Assembly: GCA_964452145.1 (NCBI GenBank)
Contig: CAYVLA010000061.1
Coordinates: forward strand, 1 to 19,520
Direction of reading: 5' to 3'
From: Candidatus Hadarchaeota archaeon
GTDB lineage: Archaea; CAYQAE01; CAYVLA01
Length of the DNA: 19,520 nucleotides
Below are positions 9,301 through 19,313 of the stretch, one piece after another (positions within the stretch are counted from its first letter, which is position 1; each line of letters starts with the position of its first letter). Made by a program: the position numbers and the translations under genes. A model generated the notes under the pieces. The model made no database searches and was not told the DNA's origin. It worked only from the letters and a program-made list of their open reading frames with translations.

Positions 9301-12300
9301 AATCCGTCTCCTAGGTTCCTCAGGCAACAACCTCTCCGACAACACGCTCAACGGGAATGGGAAGGGGATCTCCTTGGAAGGTTCGGCGAACAACACCATC
9401 GCCAACAACACTGCAACCTCCAAGGACTATGGAATCTACCTGAGGAAATCGGACAAGAACCTTCTGACCAACAACACAGCCACACTCAATTCCAAGGACG
9501 GTATCTACGTCTCCCTCTCCTCCGGAAACATACTGGTCGCGAACAACGTCAGCTACAACAAGCAGGAGGGAATACACCTCTACAGCGCCCCCTCAAACTA
9601 CGTTGCCGGGAACATCGCCTTCAAGAACGACGACGGCATCAAGCTGTACAACTCCAGCAAGAACACCATATTCGCCAACACGCTGACGTCGAACAAGAAG
9701 GGGCTGTACTCGAACTATGGCTCCCAGAACAACTCAATCCACAAGAACAGCGGGTTCAACAACACCGAATGCGCCATATGCATCTTCGCATCCCACCGCA
9801 ACAACGTCACCGACAACATAGCCGCCCTAGGCGAGCACGGCGTTAGCCTGGACTATGGAGCCTCCTTCAACATCCTCGAAGGCAACATGGCCTACGGCTC
9901 GCGGGCAGGGATATCCCTCCTCCTCGGATCGTACAACAATACCGTGGCCGACAACTGGATCAAGTTCAATGAGAAGGCCGGCGTATGGATCAACCAATCG
10001 GACCTGAATACCATCAGCGACAACACCATCGTCAACAACAGCGAGTTCGGCATCGTCCTGAACGGATCTAAGAAGAATATGATCAAGCAGAACTTCATCG
10101 AGAACCACACAAGGGGAGGAGGCATCTACCTCGCGGGGCCGTGCGCCGACAACTACATCCAGTACAACGTGATCCAGAGGAACAAGTACGGCATCATGAT
10201 CTACCCGAGGAAACCCGACTTCACTCTGTACGACGAGATCAAGGGACATCCCAACTACGTCCGGTACAACGACTTCATAAACAACAAGGGCTGCCCCGGG
10301 GAGAAAATGCCCTTCACCTACCATCTGCGCTACCTGTACAACACCGGCATCAAGATCTACCAGCTTTCCCCCGATGAGCTGGAGTACCTTGCGTCCCTCG
10401 GCCTCAGCAAGGCCGAGGCGCTGCCCAAGCCAAGCGAGGCAACGGCCGCCTACGTCGACAGGTACTTCTCCGTGCCGTACGAGTGCCATGGGGCCGACTA
10501 CGGCGTTCCGGTCCCGCTCACGCCTTGGGACAGCACGGCGAGCGTGTGGGACCAGAACTACTACAGCACCTTCGACACCCCCCAGGAAGGGTGTCGCGAT
10601 GATTACATCGGACCGGCTCCCCCTCTCCTGACCAACCCTGACTTCGTACCCCCCCAGAAGGGTCAGGACGGCTTCTGCGACCGCCCCTACATCAGGGTTG
10701 AACAGGGGAGCGGAACCGTAAGCTGGAACGCGTACGTGTGGAACAGGGACGAGCATCCAAGGGTCAAGCCCACAGCGTCGCCACTCTCCTTCAAGTTCGT
10801 CTCCGTTGCCCTCTCGAAGAACACCAGGCTCTTGACGGTCCAGCTCACCGACGCAAAAGGCAACAACGTCATGGCACCCAACGTCAAGATAACGTTCTCG
10901 GAGGTGAGCAACGGCAGCAAGCTCGGCAAGTTCCCCGGAAACACGCAGATCGTCTTCACCAGCCCTGACGGCACCGCGTCCACGATATACGAGTTCCTCG
11001 ACACGGACAAGCAGGTCATCGCCTCGATCGAGATCGACGTGGAGAACGGCGAGAGGGGGGTTAGAAAGGTTCCCAACTTCATAACCTACCAAGACATCTT
11101 GGGCGTCATGCTGAGGTACAAGTCCTACTTCCTCAAGGAGAAGAACTTCGACAACCAGCTCAGGGTCGACGTGAACTGGATGCTCTTCCCGACCCCACAG
11201 GAGATCGTCTTCAAGACGCCGACCAAGACCTACAAGGTGACCTCCATAGCCCTAGAGACTTACCTGAACATGCCTCACTACAGCAGCACGATCCAGACGA
11301 TGGACATGAGCGATCTGCCGATCGGGAACCCGCCCATCACGATCACGGCCACGGCGGATCTGGGATCGAAATCCGTGACCGGGAACTATTTCTACATACT
11401 GGGCAACGAGAACGGACCGGATCCGGGAAAGCTTCTGCCCCAGCAGCTGTCCACAAGCTGGGACAGCACCGTGAAGTTCGTGCACAACTTCACCCTGACG
11501 ATGGGGGATATCGACAAGCAGATCAAGAGCTGGATTGAGAACGCGCTGGGGCTGCCCCAGGGGACGCTGGATGTGGTAGACGACATCGTCAGGATCATGC
11601 GCAAGGCGACCGTGGATGAGAGCGACTACAAGAAGGCCGCCGGGGATGCGTATGACTTCCTCAACCAGGATCATCCGGTGATCGGAAATCAGATTCAGAA
11701 GAACACCTGGGTCGCCCAGCTCTACAGCTGGCTTGACAGCACGGTGGTCAAGATCGTCTCAAGCGACCTCTACAAGTACCTGGACAAGTTCCTCGAGTAC
11801 TTCCCGAGCTTCACGATCTCGGAGTGGGTGCCTTACCTGGGCGGCGACTACGGGATAGATCCCGCAAGCTTCAAGATATACGATCTTGCCGAATTCCGAT
11901 CGGTCGACGGCACCGCCTCCACGAGCACAGGGGGCGGCATAAAGATACTGCTCGGGAAGAGCATCGGCCCCGTAACAATCAAGGTCGACGGCTCCAGCAA
12001 ATACCTGCCCAAGAACTACATGCTCACGCTCGATGAGAGATCCTACACAATCCTCATCAAAGGCGACTCGGACGTCATCAGCTGGGACTTCGGCATCTTC
12101 AAGCTGGCCATCGGCATACTCTACCAGGGCAAGCTCTACATCGTCTACGTCCCGGTGGGAGACAGCCTGGATTTCAAGCTGGGGCAATTCGATCTCGAGC
12201 TCATCCCCAGAGCCACCGGCGCCGTTAACGTGGTGGTGGCCAAGGCCAAGTTGTCGCTGGGCGGGGGCCTGGGCATACAGGCCGAATTCTCAGCCGACAG

Positions 12301-15300
12301 GGGCTTCGACCTCAATGAGCTGAGGCTGGCCTTCGTCATAAGGCTCGATTTCACCTTCCTGTTCTACACCGATCACTGGGGCCGGAAGTACGTCTGCGAC
12401 ATCTGGAACGATAAGTGCTGGAGCGAGTCCGCCTCCAAGCCCGAGGGCTGGAGGCCGATGGACCGCGACTACATCGACGGGAACTACTCACAGTTCGTGG
12501 CCGACCTGGGCATAGGGCACAGCTCGGCCACCACTGAGCTCATGCTCCTCAGGAACGCCTTTCCGAACGCGGCTCCCCAGCTTGCGATCGACGGGGATGG
12601 GAACATGATGCTGGTCTACGTACACGACGATCCGAGCAAGGACGTTGCCCAGTCCCTGGAGATCAACTACATGAAGTGGAACGGCTTTGCTTGGACCGCC
12701 CCCAGGCCAATCACCAGCAACAACCTGACCGATGCGGAACCATCGGTCGTCTACGACTCCAACAACAACGCGGTGGCCGCCTGGGTGACCGTGAGGAACG
12801 CCACCCTGACCAGCCAGACACCCATGGAGGAGGCGGCAATGTACTGCGAGATCAGCTACTCAATCTACAACGCCTCGCAGGGGGCCTGGAGCCAGCCGGC
12901 CTACCTCACCAACAACGACTTCTTCGACTATGACCCGGTCCTAGCCTCAAACGAGAAGGGACAGGTCATGGCAATGTGGTATGCGAGCACGAGCAACAAG
13001 CTCTACATAGGCGGGGATGCGATCGGGCAGCACCCGATGTACAAGGACCTCTACTACGCCGTCTGGGACGGATCGAGCTGGACCGCCCCGAAGGTCGCGG
13101 CTAGGAGCATCTCCCTTGCAGACCGTTTCGGCTTTGGCCTCGGCTCCAGCAAGGCGGTTGTGGCCTGGGCGCAGGACACGGACGGCAACTCCAGCACCTA
13201 CGCCGACAGGGACGTCTACTACTCCGTCTGGGATGGAGCCTGGTCGAGCCTCACGCCAGTTGAGACGGACGCCAATGAGGACAGGCTCCCGGCCATCACC
13301 ATGGACGGGGACACCGCCCGGCTGGTCTGGGTTAAGGTGGATGAGACCGGGAACAAATCCGTGAGCACGATCTACTACTCGACGTTCAACGGCGCATGGT
13401 CCAAACCAGTGGCCGTGGCGTCCACCGGGCAGGTGGAGGAGTTGAAGCTTGCCAAGAACGTCCAGGGCAGCCTGGTGATAATGTGGCAGGAGTATGACCC
13501 CACCGCTAGCATCTACTACTCGGTTCTTGACCCCTCTACCGGAACCTGGAGCGCAAGAAACAAACTTGCGGGCGATTCGTCTGAGAGCAACACCTACTAC
13601 TCGCCGGTTGTGACCGCGGACAACACGATCGTGGCCTCGTTCATGAAAGAGTCCGTGATCTACGAGAACGAGACGATCGTCGCAGGCAGCCACACCTTCG
13701 ATGTCACCGTGCCCAGGGTCGGCAGGTCCAGCATCTACATGCTGACCCACAGGATCTCGAACGATCTTGAGGTGACCCCTGAAGGAATCCGCATCTCGGA
13801 TCCCAGCGCGGGCCCGGGCGAGACGGTCAACGTGACTGCGACGGTCCGTAACTCCGGAGACCTCTCTCTGAGCAATGTCCTTGTCAGCATCACGGAGGGA
13901 TACCCCGGCACCCCAATAGGAAGCATGCAGAGCATAGTCGCGCTCGCGGCGGGCGAAAGCAAGGAGGTTACCGTGATGTGGAGCATCCCCAGGACGGGCG
14001 CGCCCCATTGGATCTACGTTCAGGTGGATCCGTTGAACCAGATAGCCGAGATCAACGAGACCAACAACCTGGCCTACGCGGGAGCTGTCTTGCCCGATCT
14101 ACAGCTCAGCGAAACCCTCGTCACCTACCGCGGCAACTACGTCGTCGTGAACACGACCCTGGTCAACGCAGGATGGGCGCCGGCATCGAACATCATCGTT
14201 GAATTCTCCTACAGCAACCTCTCCGTCTCCACGGAGTGGGCCTTGATACAAAGCAAGACCGTGGCCCTTCTCGGCCCGAGGTCCAACACAACCCTCAGCG
14301 TCGAATGGGACATCTCCGATCTACCGGCCGATGCCTACTACGTGTCGATCCAGATCGACGCGGCCAATAGTATTCCGGAACTGGACGAGAACAACAACGA
14401 CGACATGGTCCTCGCCAAGGCATCGCCCGATCTTGCCTTGGAGGAATTGGACCTATCGTCAGACGTTGAGGGCGAGATACCCTTCACCGTCACCGTGGCC
14501 AACCGCGGCCAATTCGGCGCCTCCAACGTTGGCGTCCAAGTCTACGCCCAGGCCAGCTACGCGGGCTTGGGCGCGTACGGAGCTGCGCCGGTCCTGAACG
14601 CAACGATTCCGTCGATGGAGGCCGGTTCTCAGGTGACCCTGTCGGGGACATGGTCCGCGGCTCCCGGGGACTACGAGATCTACGCGGTCGTGGACCCGCG
14701 CGACGACATGATGGAGCCCGACGAGATCAACAACGTGGTCGTGCAGCGGGCAAGGATCCTTCAGAAGCTCAGTCTGGCGGGCTTCGATGCTTACGACCTT
14801 GATGCGGATGGCTTGATCGACTATTTATCCGTTGGGATAGGCTTCAACGTCTCCTACCCGGGCATGTACTATCTGGCCGCGACGCTTGACGTCGGCGGTC
14901 CCCTCAAGGCATCCACTCTGAAGCATCTGGAGCCAGGCCCGGCCACGATCAGGCTGAACTTCAGCGGCATAGGCATCCGGCAGCGCGGCACAAACGGTCC
15001 GTATGCCTTGGAAGATGCCGGCCTCTATGATACGGGCGGACTCCTGGGCATCCTGACCGGGGAACACCAGACTCAGTCCTACGACGTTGCCCTGTTCCAA
15101 GCACAGCCGACCTATCTCACCGGGAGGTACAGCGATCGCGCCGAGGATCTCGATGGTGACGGGCTGCTCAACGTCCTGAAGATCAACGTCGGGATCAACG
15201 TAACCAAGTCCGCCAACTACTTCTACGAGGCCACCCTGTACGACCCCAGCAGGAGCCACGTCGCGACGATCATCAACCAGACCTACCTCGAACGGGGAAT

Positions 15301-16234
15301 CCAGAATCTCACCTTCAGTTTCGCGGGCACCACGATAAGGGGGAGCGGCCTTGACGGGCCCTACCTGCTCGCCTACCTCGTCCTATCCGACGAACGCTGG
15401 TTCGAGATCGTGCGCGGGGAGAACGTGTACACAACCAAGGCATACCGCTACATGCAGTTCCAGTCCGTCCAGGCGGTCGCGGCCAATCCGCCGCGGACTC
15501 CCATCGCTGTCCGTCCGCCAAAAGGTGCGGTGGATGTCAGCATAACGCCGACGTTGGAGTCCTCCTTATTCTCGGACCCGGACGCGGGCAGCATTCACAG
15601 GGCCAGCCAGTGGCAGATCACCACCAAGGCGGGCGACTACACACAGCCCGTATACCACAGCGGCAACGACACTGCCGACCTCACTATCCTCACACTGCCC
15701 CCGGGGATTCTTTCTGCTTCGACGACGTATCATTGGAGGGTGAGGCATCAGGACAACACGAACACCTGGTCGAACTGGTCCGCGGAGGTAAGCTTCACAA
15801 CCCTCTCCGTGAACCGGCCCCCTGCAACGCCCCAGAACATCCAACCCACGGACGGGGCAACGGGGGTGGTTCTGACGCCCACGCTGAAGTCCTCTGCCTT
15901 CTCGGACCCCGATTCAGGGAGCATCCACGCGGCCAGCCAGTGGCAGATCACCACCACGCCGGGGGACTATGCCGACCCGGCATACGACAGCGGCAATGAC
16001 ACCGCCCACCTCACAGCAATCGACCTGCCCCAAGGCGTTCTGAGTGCTTCGACGACGTTCTATTGGAGGATCAGGCATCAGGACAACGCCGGCACTTGGT
16101 CCAACTGGTCAGCGGAGACAAGTTTCACGACCCTCGGTGAGGCGAGGAAGCCCCTGCCTCTTGTCTGGGCCGCAGTCATCCTCGTTTTGATTGGCGTCGG
16201 TGCAGTGGCGTTTCTGGTTCGACGTCGAAAATGA
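3359..16234 (+). CDS. Giant (~4,291 aa) membrane-anchored multidomain cell-surface protein: rhodanese, thioredoxin, DNRLRE, TSP3 repeats, Ig-like, 3 NosD-type beta-helices, beta-propeller, 3x CARDB, 2x FN3-like, C-terminal TM
   Basis: Uninterrupted 13-kb frame (track start 3125). GTG 3359 is preferred because it follows purine-rich GAGAGGGGA, lies downstream of the TATA motif, and gives a signal peptide ([35 protein letters not shown]). The 78 upstream codons are Arg/Pro-rich and look non-coding. The protein ends [26 protein letters not shown] and has many N-x-S/T sequons. Confidence 0.92.
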   Translation: MRPAELRRVLLTVFLIGQVTCSPLTLVGPSFLIAADERIPVIGEPSQVQRIPPSPVEGTMPSSQTYNPWPALLALGESSHDWDLQIGGGFARELASDPSYANVTPYQALELIASGQVTLLDVRTESEYRSTHIPGAKLIPVQDLGSRLDELDRETGVVVYCQYGARSATASGILVAYGYRGVYNMLGGIAAWMGASLPVMAEPDEGESSTSLGLDLIDIPSDMPALILFYTDWCSFCGKQKPIIDELERRYSGRLKVQRINADEYPCIASAFGVDGYPTTFIVQSDGQGRPKHEAFRGFTVLDVLDAALASAVSGYAAPGGSGEDQDTIDVSGITVVDGADQAQETATTLAEPVASLGQGSSVTLTPVADAYIDSEGPDTNYGTINSLKVLFQPSSWVGRSLIRFNVAQDLPAEAIIDSADLTLYLYDSGELSRQLVLTAHLIAEDWVESEVTYNTKPGTDQPVDATTISTSLGYKTFDITDIVKAWHNAPHYGLELRGPEYETQFDLSFYSRHDRQQGRRPTLVITYHLPPPPDSDGDGVPDQGDNCPYNYNPDQIDSDADGLGDACDNCPVTPNLDQADADHDGIGDPCDNCPYSYNTNQNDADEDGLGDACDNCPMDPENDADQDGVCGNLDNCPYVFNPLQEDSDGNGIGDACQAIEDSDGDGVPNHKDNCPFVPNSDQTDSDGDGLGDACDNCPTAPNPGQDDLDDDGVGNVCDNCPTTPNPGQDDDDQDGVGDACQSAPRIRMDTEGGKPCGEVGVWVRVEGLGFPPGAAVCLTLGGIVVAEFASEPDGSFLVAFQVPSLPDGQYTVAALVDGPDATTPFSIPCGCVHPRDNLYINQDTTLCPGYYTIPDPGMDGVIVINASNIVLDGAGAVIVGSGSGYGIINPGYGEVRIEHCDIRNYTAAISLQGYIDPLGVPHYSHSNFIENNHLSMNEVGIDLASMSSSNVIQHNTALSNQHGIRLQGSSLNSLHHNTASFNAANGILLEPGSNANTIVDSILNSNQGCGLELRSIGNLLANNTAVSNSLSGYRLTSAFDNTLVNNTARSNHAAGFQLGNSHYNNLTGNRALANEYGIQLQQSYNNAVERNTACSNSFDFFGNSQYNDADDNACDKVEGWRDEGQAYGCDYRCTGCRKLEDNTYINEDTVICPDTYHIADGDNNGVIIINASSVTLDCSGSMLVGNLQGYGIVNIGHHNVTIKGCKLSLYGFGIGVLASRNTTLANNSLMLNIGAGMAIADSSGTIIANSSFTLNNKGVYMQNATDSLLVGNRMLLNAEGAEFYLGSGNTLVENQAVGNWDHGFRVLGSANVYVVNNSAVLNDKGIGLYGSTNACVLGNTVASSVAHGIFLDLCHHCDVLGNAVDSNLIGVALRASSHSTVTGTFRNNTMAIALINSEENAVVGNRILNTKAYGISLVSSGNNSLQDNLVVKVGDVGFRFSGEESYYNDFRNNTVNGDLYLHYVNEVNPTIAGLHLSAQNVSNLGKISVINSTGAILEDLTLTNGSKGAGLFLHRTNLTSIQNVTTMYNAYGIWIDASSQVDIDKTVTDQNSHGILLSNSTRIELRHLSAKSNNQAIILNNSRNVLMEMVNSTDNYDGIMIHRGGDNLLKDVTARGNFNGLSIYGSSNNTLTKVSIIDNKVGASLSEASECVAYGAAFLNSSLFDLYLSGSSEARLHGITINGVKMSLHGRDFSIRPSKTPPPADPRGFLERLPSKYDWDIDSTGFLAFLNIALFYSPKDLGDAKEQTLGLYRYLPNYQDGKGIWELAWPTEVRTDQDVVVANITTLGSIFAPQGVSVPIKVVYDKKDPPCMMGTDLFDSIQKAVDSSKAGDRIIVCPGTYTENVVVPVAVDIRPYLKEKKVWTTLCHFGECSSIALYQPTVVQASKAGPVFDITSNGVNLSGLKISGNAQSSGIRIKASGVSITDVTVTGHAQGIILDTAESNIIIGNHILQNDYGIDISYSKANTVQGNDIQSNKYDGIRLLGSSGNNLSDNTLNGNGKGISLEGSANNTIANNTATSKDYGIYLRKSDKNLLTNNTATLNSKDGIYVSLSSGNILVANNVSYNKQEGIHLYSAPSNYVAGNIAFKNDDGIKLYNSSKNTIFANTLTSNKKGLYSNYGSQNNSIHKNSGFNNTECAICIFASHRNNVTDNIAALGEHGVSLDYGASFNILEGNMAYGSRAGISLLLGSYNNTVADNWIKFNEKAGVWINQSDLNTISDNTIVNNSEFGIVLNGSKKNMIKQNFIENHTRGGGIYLAGPCADNYIQYNVIQRNKYGIMIYPRKPDFTLYDEIKGHPNYVRYNDFINNKGCPGEKMPFTYHLRYLYNTGIKIYQLSPDELEYLASLGLSKAEALPKPSEATAAYVDRYFSVPYECHGADYGVPVPLTPWDSTASVWDQNYYSTFDTPQEGCRDDYIGPAPPLLTNPDFVPPQKGQDGFCDRPYIRVEQGSGTVSWNAYVWNRDEHPRVKPTASPLSFKFVSVALSKNTRLLTVQLTDAKGNNVMAPNVKITFSEVSNGSKLGKFPGNTQIVFTSPDGTASTIYEFLDTDKQVIASIEIDVENGERGVRKVPNFITYQDILGVMLRYKSYFLKEKNFDNQLRVDVNWMLFPTPQEIVFKTPTKTYKVTSIALETYLNMPHYSSTIQTMDMSDLPIGNPPITITATADLGSKSVTGNYFYILGNENGPDPGKLLPQQLSTSWDSTVKFVHNFTLTMGDIDKQIKSWIENALGLPQGTLDVVDDIVRIMRKATVDESDYKKAAGDAYDFLNQDHPVIGNQIQKNTWVAQLYSWLDSTVVKIVSSDLYKYLDKFLEYFPSFTISEWVPYLGGDYGIDPASFKIYDLAEFRSVDGTASTSTGGGIKILLGKSIGPVTIKVDGSSKYLPKNYMLTLDERSYTILIKGDSDVISWDFGIFKLAIGILYQGKLYIVYVPVGDSLDFKLGQFDLELIPRATGAVNVVVAKAKLSLGGGLGIQAEFSADRGFDLNELRLAFVIRLDFTFLFYTDHWGRKYVCDIWNDKCWSESASKPEGWRPMDRDYIDGNYSQFVADLGIGHSSATTELMLLRNAFPNAAPQLAIDGDGNMMLVYVHDDPSKDVAQSLEINYMKWNGFAWTAPRPITSNNLTDAEPSVVYDSNNNAVAAWVTVRNATLTSQTPMEEAAMYCEISYSIYNASQGAWSQPAYLTNNDFFDYDPVLASNEKGQVMAMWYASTSNKLYIGGDAIGQHPMYKDLYYAVWDGSSWTAPKVAARSISLADRFGFGLGSSKAVVAWAQDTDGNSSTYADRDVYYSVWDGAWSSLTPVETDANEDRLPAITMDGDTARLVWVKVDETGNKSVSTIYYSTFNGAWSKPVAVASTGQVEELKLAKNVQGSLVIMWQEYDPTASIYYSVLDPSTGTWSARNKLAGDSSESNTYYSPVVTADNTIVASFMKESVIYENETIVAGSHTFDVTVPRVGRSSIYMLTHRISNDLEVTPEGIRISDPSAGPGETVNVTATVRNSGDLSLSNVLVSITEGYPGTPIGSMQSIVALAAGESKEVTVMWSIPRTGAPHWIYVQVDPLNQIAEINETNNLAYAGAVLPDLQLSETLVTYRGNYVVVNTTLVNAGWAPASNIIVEFSYSNLSVSTEWALIQSKTVALLGPRSNTTLSVEWDISDLPADAYYVSIQIDAANSIPELDENNNDDMVLAKASPDLALEELDLSSDVEGEIPFTVTVANRGQFGASNVGVQVYAQASYAGLGAYGAAPVLNATIPSMEAGSQVTLSGTWSAAPGDYEIYAVVDPRDDMMEPDEINNVVVQRARILQKLSLAGFDAYDLDADGLIDYLSVGIGFNVSYPGMYYLAATLDVGGPLKASTLKHLEPGPATIRLNFSGIGIRQRGTNGPYALEDAGLYDTGGLLGILTGEHQTQSYDVALFQAQPTYLTGRYSDRAEDLDGDGLLNVLKINVGINVTKSANYFYEATLYDPSRSHVATIINQTYLERGIQNLTFSFAGTTIRGSGLDGPYLLAYLVLSDERWFEIVRGENVYTTKAYRYMQFQSVQAVAANPPRTPIAVRPPKGAVDVSITPTLESSLFSDPDAGSIHRASQWQITTKAGDYTQPVYHSGNDTADLTILTLPPGILSASTTYHWRVRHQDNTNTWSNWSAEVSFTTLSVNRPPATPQNIQPTDGATGVVLTPTLKSSAFSDPDSGSIHAASQWQITTTPGDYADPAYDSGNDTAHLTAIDLPQGVLSASTTFYWRIRHQDNAGTWSNWSAETSFTTLGEARKPLPLVWAAVILVLIGVGAVAFLVRRRK
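3656..3955 (+). other. Rhodanese (sulfurtransferase) domain within the giant protein
   Basis: [30 protein letters not shown] (catalytic Cys codon 3839-3841) and [11 protein letters not shown] are all canonical single-domain rhodanese motifs. Confidence 0.92.
4022..4290 (+). other. Thioredoxin domain within the giant protein
   Basis: [22 protein letters not shown] (WCxxC at 4055-4069), RINADE, and [12 protein letters not shown] (cis-Pro motif). Confidence 0.92.
4442..4942 (+). other. DNRLRE-type (disaggregatase-related/CBM96-like) beta-sandwich domain
   Basis: [65 protein letters not shown] and RPTLVITY match the typical motif order. Confidence 0.8.
4961..5581 (+). repeat. Thrombospondin type-3 Ca-binding repeats (coding)
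   Basis: Eight DNCP motifs in [22 protein letters not shown] units with 16 Cys. A near-identical DNA block GACGGACTTGGCGACGCGTGCGACAACTGCCCC occurs at ~5042 and ~5423. Confidence 0.92.
5846..10765 (+). repeat. Three right-handed parallel beta-helix (NosD/CASH-like) blocks
   Basis: Dozens of N...GI.L..S..N.I..N repeats. Blocks start at ~5846, ~6758 and ~8753 ([27 protein letters not shown]). The third ends with an archaeal-type cap NYYSTFD.P.EGC.D...DGFCDRPY. Confidence 0.88.
12542..13750 (+). other. Predicted BNR/sialidase-like beta-propeller region
   Basis: Repeats of P.(L/V)..D..GN...V(W/Y)....I.Y..W(N/D)G..W(T/S).P..(I/L)T, e.g. [50 protein letters not shown]. Confidence 0.65.
13760..14761 (+). 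repeat. Three tandem CARDB (Ig-like adhesion) domains
   Basis: (P/N)DL...V.N.G...VDP.N.I.E.(N/D)E.NN pattern three times: [45 protein letters not shown]. Confidence 0.85.
15485..16135 (+). repeat. Tandem 330-bp duplication encoding two FN3-like domains
   Basis: Copies at 15485-15805 and 15815-16135 share PP.TP...[27 protein letters not shown]...TT(Y/F).[21 protein letters not shown] 26-nt identical run lies at 15601-15626 and 15931-15956. Confidence 0.9.
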
Positions 16235-16306
16235 AGCCTCGGAACTCCGTGAGCCGCATCGAACTGCATTGTCCCGTTATCGGGGCGGTTCGGGGCCTGA
16301 AACCGA

Positions 16307-16350
16307 CGAAAGCGATATGAAGCAACGAACTACACACCAGCGCAGGAGGT
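16307..16350 (+). promoter_or_regulatory. Possible BRE/TATA-like element and strong SD for the glycosidase gene
   Basis: CGAAAG (16307-16312) is followed by a weak TATA-like GATATGA (16314-16320). AGGAGGT (16344-16350) lies 7 nt before GTG 16358. Confidence 0.5.
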
Positions 16351-16357
16351 AGAGCGG

Positions 16358-19297
16358 GTGCAGAATTCCGGCGTGAGGAGGAAGGGCAGCACGTTCGAAC
16401 TTGCCTCACCCAGCTTCATCTACTGCATCGACATCTCCTCAGGACTTCGTGCCGAATCGTGGACCAATCTCCTAACCGGACGCAAGGTCGCATTGGGCGG
16501 CAAGCCTGAGCTGGAGCTGGATCTGGACGCAGCCGAGCAGCGCATATGGATCACCGGCTGGCGAGTGAGATGCTCCCATGAGCAGAGGTGCGACCCTGGC
16601 GCAGAGCTGGAACGTTCAAGGGCATTCGCCGCACCGGAGTTCGACGACGGGGACTGGAAGGGGGCGATGACCGTCGCCCTCGAAGGAGCACATACGGACC
16701 CCAGGGTTGAGGATAAGTTCTACTGGGCGCGTACCCACGTCTTTCTTCCGGCAAGCGCGGAGGACAAGCCCCTCGGCCTTCACCTCGGTGGCGTCGGCCT
16801 GTTTGACTTCTCATACATGCGCGTCTTCATCAACGGTTTCGAGGTCGGCGAACGCCACGCCTCAGATCGATGGAACGAGCCCGCCGTCTTCAACATCGGC
16901 CCGGAATCGGACGCCCGACCCCACCTTCGCTTCGGCCAGGACAACGTGATTGCGGTACAGGCGACCGGCTATAGGGCGCGCACAAAGCGCATGGACGAAC
17001 TGGATCCCGCAAGAGTCCGCCACCTCCCGATGAAATGCCAATGGCCGGGGCAGTTCGAGCAGTACTTGGCGGTCGGGCAACCCCTTACGACCCCTGAGCT
17101 GAAGGTTGTTGGGATGCGGGAGGCCGGTGATGATGCGGAGAGGCAGGTCGTGTTCGACCTCTCGTCCCCGGACTCGGGCATGGCCGCCAGCGTGACCTAC
17201 CAATGGAACTCCACAGACCCGGTTCTGCGCAGATTCGCATCCATTAGGAATGAGGGGAAGCGGGGAAGAACCGTCCTGAACGTTCGTCTCGGGACGTACG
17301 TCACGGATGCGCCGGTCTCGGAGGGGGAGCAGGGTTTCCCTGTGTACATTGGGGAGGAGTTCTACCTGAGCCTGGCCCATCCTTCAGGGTGGGCCACCGG
17401 CCAGGACGGACAGGTGAGCCTGCGGCAGTACCCCGGCAGGAATCTTGCGCCGGGGGACAACTTCGAGTGCATGGAAGCCGTGCTCGGCGTTGCCCTGGCG
17501 GGAAGGGCCCGGGAGTCATTCCTCGCCCATGTGCTGAGCCGCTGCCGCCGGGTAGTGCGGGGCCATGACGTGGCTTACGCAATCTTCGAGCCCTTTGGCG
17601 CCCGGCCCGGGCAGATCTTCGACGAGACCGAGGAGTTCGTCCTGGACAACTTGGCCAAGGTCGCCCAGGGCCAAAGGGAGTCGGGGTGCCACTTCGATCT
17701 CTACTCCGTCGACTTCTGGGTCGATTACCACGGAGATCTCCAGCGCTTTGACCCGGTGCGCTTCCCCCACGGGCTGGATCCAATCAGACAGCGCCTGGAC
17801 GAACTCGGCACCTCGCCCGGCCTCTGGATCGACAGCTCCATGGAGAGTTGGACCATTGGAGGCAACCCGGTTGTCCGCCCCACTTGGACCCACGACCCCG
17901 CCTACGGCCCGGACAGGGTCACCCTCTGCCGCGCGACGGATCCGGTGAAGACGATGTACTCCACCGCCTTCCGCCACCACATCAGAAGGAACCGTGTAAG
18001 GCTCTGCAAGTTCGACAACCTGCAGGCCATATGCTACAACCCTGCGCATGACCATCTGCCCGGCATCTACTCAACAGAGGCAATCCAGAGCGCGGTCCTT
18101 GGTACGCTGAAGGACCTGGACTCGGAGTCTCGGGACGTTTTCCTCATGCTCTACTGGGGGCATCGTTCACCGTGGTGGCTGCTGCACGCGGATACCCTGT
18201 TCGAGCCGGGGCTGGGGATCGAGGCATCCTCCCCCAGCTCCTCCCCCACCCTCTACATCAGGGACAGCGTCACCGTTGGCCTAGACCAGGCTCAGTGGTG
18301 GTGCGAGGACATCCCGGCCATCGGCAAGGACTCCCTCGGAATCTGGCTCTCAGACTGGAAGTGGAACAGCTCGGTTGGGAAGGAGAGATGGCAGGAGGGC
18401 TTCGTCATGGACATATGCCGGGGCAGCCTTCTTGCACAACCCTGGAGTGATGAGGGCTGGCTCGCGCCCGATGAACGCAGGCAGATGGCGCAGTTCATCG
18501 ATCTTCTCAAGGCCAACGCCAGGTGCTTCGCCAATCCCCGATTCGTCATCGGCAACCCGTGGAAGGTAGAGCCCTACGGGTACTGCTGCACCGACGGGGA
18601 AAGGGCATTTGTGTCTTTGAACAATGCCACCTGGCACGATGCAAAGTTGACCCTGGAGCTGAACTCGGCATGGGGGATGAAAGAGAGTGGCGCTTGGGAC
18701 ATCTACCGCCTCTACCCGGAACCGGCCAGACTCAAGAGTCCAGCAGGTGCGTTCCGCGGGAAGGCCGTGATGTCCCTCCGTCCCTTCGAGGTCGTGCTTC
18801 TGGAGATCGTCCCGTCCGGTCGGCAGCCCTCCCTCAATGCCGGATTCCCGGTTCAGCCAATTCCTGAGTCCTTCGCCGAGCCATCACGGAAGATCGAACT
18901 AGATTCCCCGTCCACCGAGAGCGCCGGCGACCTCCCTGCGCCAAAACAAATGGAGGATCCGGCAAAGAGGATCACACGCAAAGTCATAGGGCTGCGTTGT
19001 GAGGTTCCGACGTGCCGCAAGGGCGGGTTACTCGCGATCTCGGCTCAGGTCAAGAAGAATCGGGTCTCAGTCATGATCGGCGATCTTGGCAAGCATTTCG
19101 CCGCGAGGGCGAGCGTAGACGGGAAGGACTCAGCCTGCTGGCCGGTCGTGCGAGAGGAGAGCTACCCAGCCTGCTGGCAAGCGTGGCGCATTGCCGTCGA
19201 ACCCTCCCGGGTCCGTAGGACGGTCGAGATGCTGGTGGTGGTGATGATGCCCCAGGGCGTGGAGATGGTCTGGGAAGGACACTTCATACCCCGCTGA
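16358..19297 (+). CDS. Cytoplasmic glycoside hydrolase, GH36/clan GH-D (alpha-galactosidase/melibiase-like), with an inserted GH2-type sugar-binding beta-sandwich
   Basis: 979 aa with a strong SD and no signal peptide. TIM-barrel motifs YSVDFW (17702-17719), RFPHGL..I..L..LG..PGLW and KFD (putative nucleophile Asp 18014-18016). The insert APEFDDGDWK...YWART...LHLGGV...VFING.EVG...LRFGQDNVIAVQ spans ~16547-16960. Confidence 0.72.
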   Translation: MQNSGVRRKGSTFELASPSFIYCIDISSGLRAESWTNLLTGRKVALGGKPELELDLDAAEQRIWITGWRVRCSHEQRCDPGAELERSRAFAAPEFDDGDWKGAMTVALEGAHTDPRVEDKFYWARTHVFLPASAEDKPLGLHLGGVGLFDFSYMRVFINGFEVGERHASDRWNEPAVFNIGPESDARPHLRFGQDNVIAVQATGYRARTKRMDELDPARVRHLPMKCQWPGQFEQYLAVGQPLTTPELKVVGMREAGDDAERQVVFDLSSPDSGMAASVTYQWNSTDPVLRRFASIRNEGKRGRTVLNVRLGTYVTDAPVSEGEQGFPVYIGEEFYLSLAHPSGWATGQDGQVSLRQYPGRNLAPGDNFECMEAVLGVALAGRARESFLAHVLSRCRRVVRGHDVAYAIFEPFGARPGQIFDETEEFVLDNLAKVAQGQRESGCHFDLYSVDFWVDYHGDLQRFDPVRFPHGLDPIRQRLDELGTSPGLWIDSSMESWTIGGNPVVRPTWTHDPAYGPDRVTLCRATDPVKTMYSTAFRHHIRRNRVRLCKFDNLQAICYNPAHDHLPGIYSTEAIQSAVLGTLKDLDSESRDVFLMLYWGHRSPWWLLHADTLFEPGLGIEASSPSSSPTLYIRDSVTVGLDQAQWWCEDIPAIGKDSLGIWLSDWKWNSSVGKERWQEGFVMDICRGSLLAQPWSDEGWLAPDERRQMAQFIDLLKANARCFANPRFVIGNPWKVEPYGYCCTDGERAFVSLNNATWHDAKLTLELNSAWGMKESGAWDIYRLYPEPARLKSPAGAFRGKAVMSLRPFEVVLLEIVPSGRQPSLNAGFPVQPIPESFAEPSRKIELDSPSTESAGDLPAPKQMEDPAKRITRKVIGLRCEVPTCRKGGLLAISAQVKKNRVSVMIGDLGKHFAARASVDGKDSACWPVVREESYPACWQAWRIAVEPSRVRRTVEMLVVVMMPQGVEMVWEGHFIPR

Positions 19298-19313
19298 GGG
19301 GCAGGGCATCCGC

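Noticed and set aside
5846..10765. Calling the beta-helices NosD (nitrous oxide reductase maturation) or an active pectate lyase
   Set aside because: Only the fold repeat is evident. There are no nos genes nearby and no catalytic residues I can identify.
9827..11092. Long antisense ORFs (421 aa here; also 12947-14008, 4928-5860, 6608-7267)
   Set aside because: These are shadow frames caused by strong C/G-ending codon bias on the sense strand. The translations are Val/Asp/Gly-rich with no recognisable motifs.
15485..16135. Possible DGR template/variable repeat pair
   Set aside because: Mismatches are not adenine-specific, both copies are in-frame protein domains, and there is no reverse transcriptase in the window.
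3359..16234. Intein, RHS/toxin or protease domain within the giant ORF
   Set aside because: I saw no Hint-type C...HN motifs, YD repeats, HExxH or subtilase catalytic motifs.
16235..16357. tRNA or other ncRNA in the intergenic region (contains GGTTCG)
   Set aside because: No cloverleaf, acceptor stem or proper T-loop (TTCRAAT) can be built.
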